A DNA stretch of 62,285 bases, counting the filler. It is 6 parts of 6 records of this genome, joined end to end, with 100 filler letters (N's around TTAATTAATTAA, not from the genome) between each part and the next. Parts side by side here need not be neighbours in the genome. Positions count along the whole stretch, not along the records: positions 55,208 to 62,285 come from DRR723986_4036; 5 more parts are not named here. One strand, written 5' to 3'. The notes beneath the pieces were generated by a model that did no database searches, was not told the DNA's origin, and worked only from the letters and a program-made list of their open reading frames with translations. The position numbers and the translations under genes are program-made. Positions 61,799 through 62,285 of this stretch are shown here, piece by piece (the stretch's first letter is position 1; the number at the start of each line of letters is the position of its first letter).

Positions 61799-62017
61799 AT
61801 GGACAAGACATTCCGCACCAAAGCCGCGGCCATATGTGACGACAAGATCGCCAAGAAAGGTGAAGGGGTCGGCCTGTCCTTTTACGCGTTCTTTGCCAAT
61901 CGCAATGATCGCCCTGAATTGTTGTTTGAAGTGGCAGAATGGTGGATCAAGACACACAAGATGGACCATTTTGAAAAGGCGGTGAAAATCCGCGAGATGC
62001 TGCGCTCCGGCGCTTGA
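61799..62017 (+). CDS. Small conserved hypothetical protein (72 aa)
   Basis: Follows tpiA after 9 nt and precedes a terminator; KGEGVGLSFYAFF...WWI...DHFEKA. Confidence 0.7.
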   Translation: MDKTFRTKAAAICDDKIAKKGEGVGLSFYAFFANRNDRPELLFEVAEWWIKTHKMDHFEKAVKIREMLRSGA

Positions 62018-62036
62018 CCGCAGCACAGCAAAAACG

Positions 62037-62073
62037 CAAAGGGCGGCGCATCTGGTGATGCGCCGCCCTTTTG
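62037..62073. terminator. Bidirectional terminator
   Basis: AAAGGGCGGCGCATC-tggt-GATGCGCCGCCCTTT. Confidence 0.88.
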
Positions 62074-62092
62074 TTTGACTATGGCTGCCGGC

Positions 62093-62285
62093 CTATTTGG
62101 TGATGATCTCCGGCCCCATCATCATGGTCGGTAACCATGTGCTGAGGATCGGGATATAGGTCACCATGATCAGGAAGACGAACAGCACCGCAAGGAAGGG
62201 CAGCGCCGCACGCACCACCGACATCATCGGCATATTGGCCACGCCCGAGGTCACAAAGAGGTTGAGCCCCACCGGCGGTGTGATC
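62093..62285 (-). CDS. dctM: TRAP large permease DctM, C-terminal fragment (not in the ORF track)
   Basis: Hand translation: ITPPVGLNLFVTSGVANMPMMSVVRAALPFLAVLFVFLIMVTYIPILSTWLPTMMMGPEIITK*. Confidence 0.9.
   Translation of the reverse strand, partial: ITPPVGLNLFVTSGVANMPMMSVVRAALPFLAVLFVFLIMVTYIPILSTWLPTMMMGPEIITK

Overview
This is not one continuous locus. It is six assembly fragments joined by an artificial 100-nt spacer (N44-TTAATTAATTAA-N44), so adjacency across spacers means nothing. All fragments look alphaproteobacterial. By inference from gene content, 1, 2 and 6 are Rhodobacteraceae-like, 3 is Hyphomonadaceae/Caulobacterales-like, and 4-5 are Hyphomicrobiales (Roseibium/Labrenzia)-like. 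Fragment 1 (1-7085): metG, trkH, a DUF1127 protein, folE2 and metZ under a SAM-II riboswitch. Fragment 2 (7186-24054): a GSGSGGTR-repeat protein divergent from an atypical APH-like kinase; LacI; a ~11.5 kb putative amide-utilisation locus (AmiC-like sensor, MarR, flotillin, Urt-like ABC importer whose last ATPase is fused in frame to an amidase, acyl-CoA ligase); an acyltransferase-3/SGNH pair. Fragment 3 (24155-32688): biotin carboxylase, ion channel, SDR, TorF-like porin, CPA2 antiporter, ald, MlaC-like. Fragment 4 (32789-40114): frameshifted YVTN autotransporter, integrase relic, and a galB/C/D-type oxalomesaconate pathway containing a VOC (XylE-type) dioxygenase. Fragment 5 (40215-55107): partial tRNA(CAU), dddL, an arsR-arsP-transglutaminase-like operon and a quinate/shikimate TRAP cluster. 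Fragment 6 (55208-62285): SPFH/NfeD, protease-RimK fusion, Fe-S genes, tpiA. Best novelty candidates are the flotillin/ABC-amidase fusion locus, the Cys-rich transglutaminase-like gene in an ars-type operon, the VOC dioxygenase in place of GalA/LigAB, and the kinase/repeat-protein pair. All calls come from motif recognition; no database search was run.
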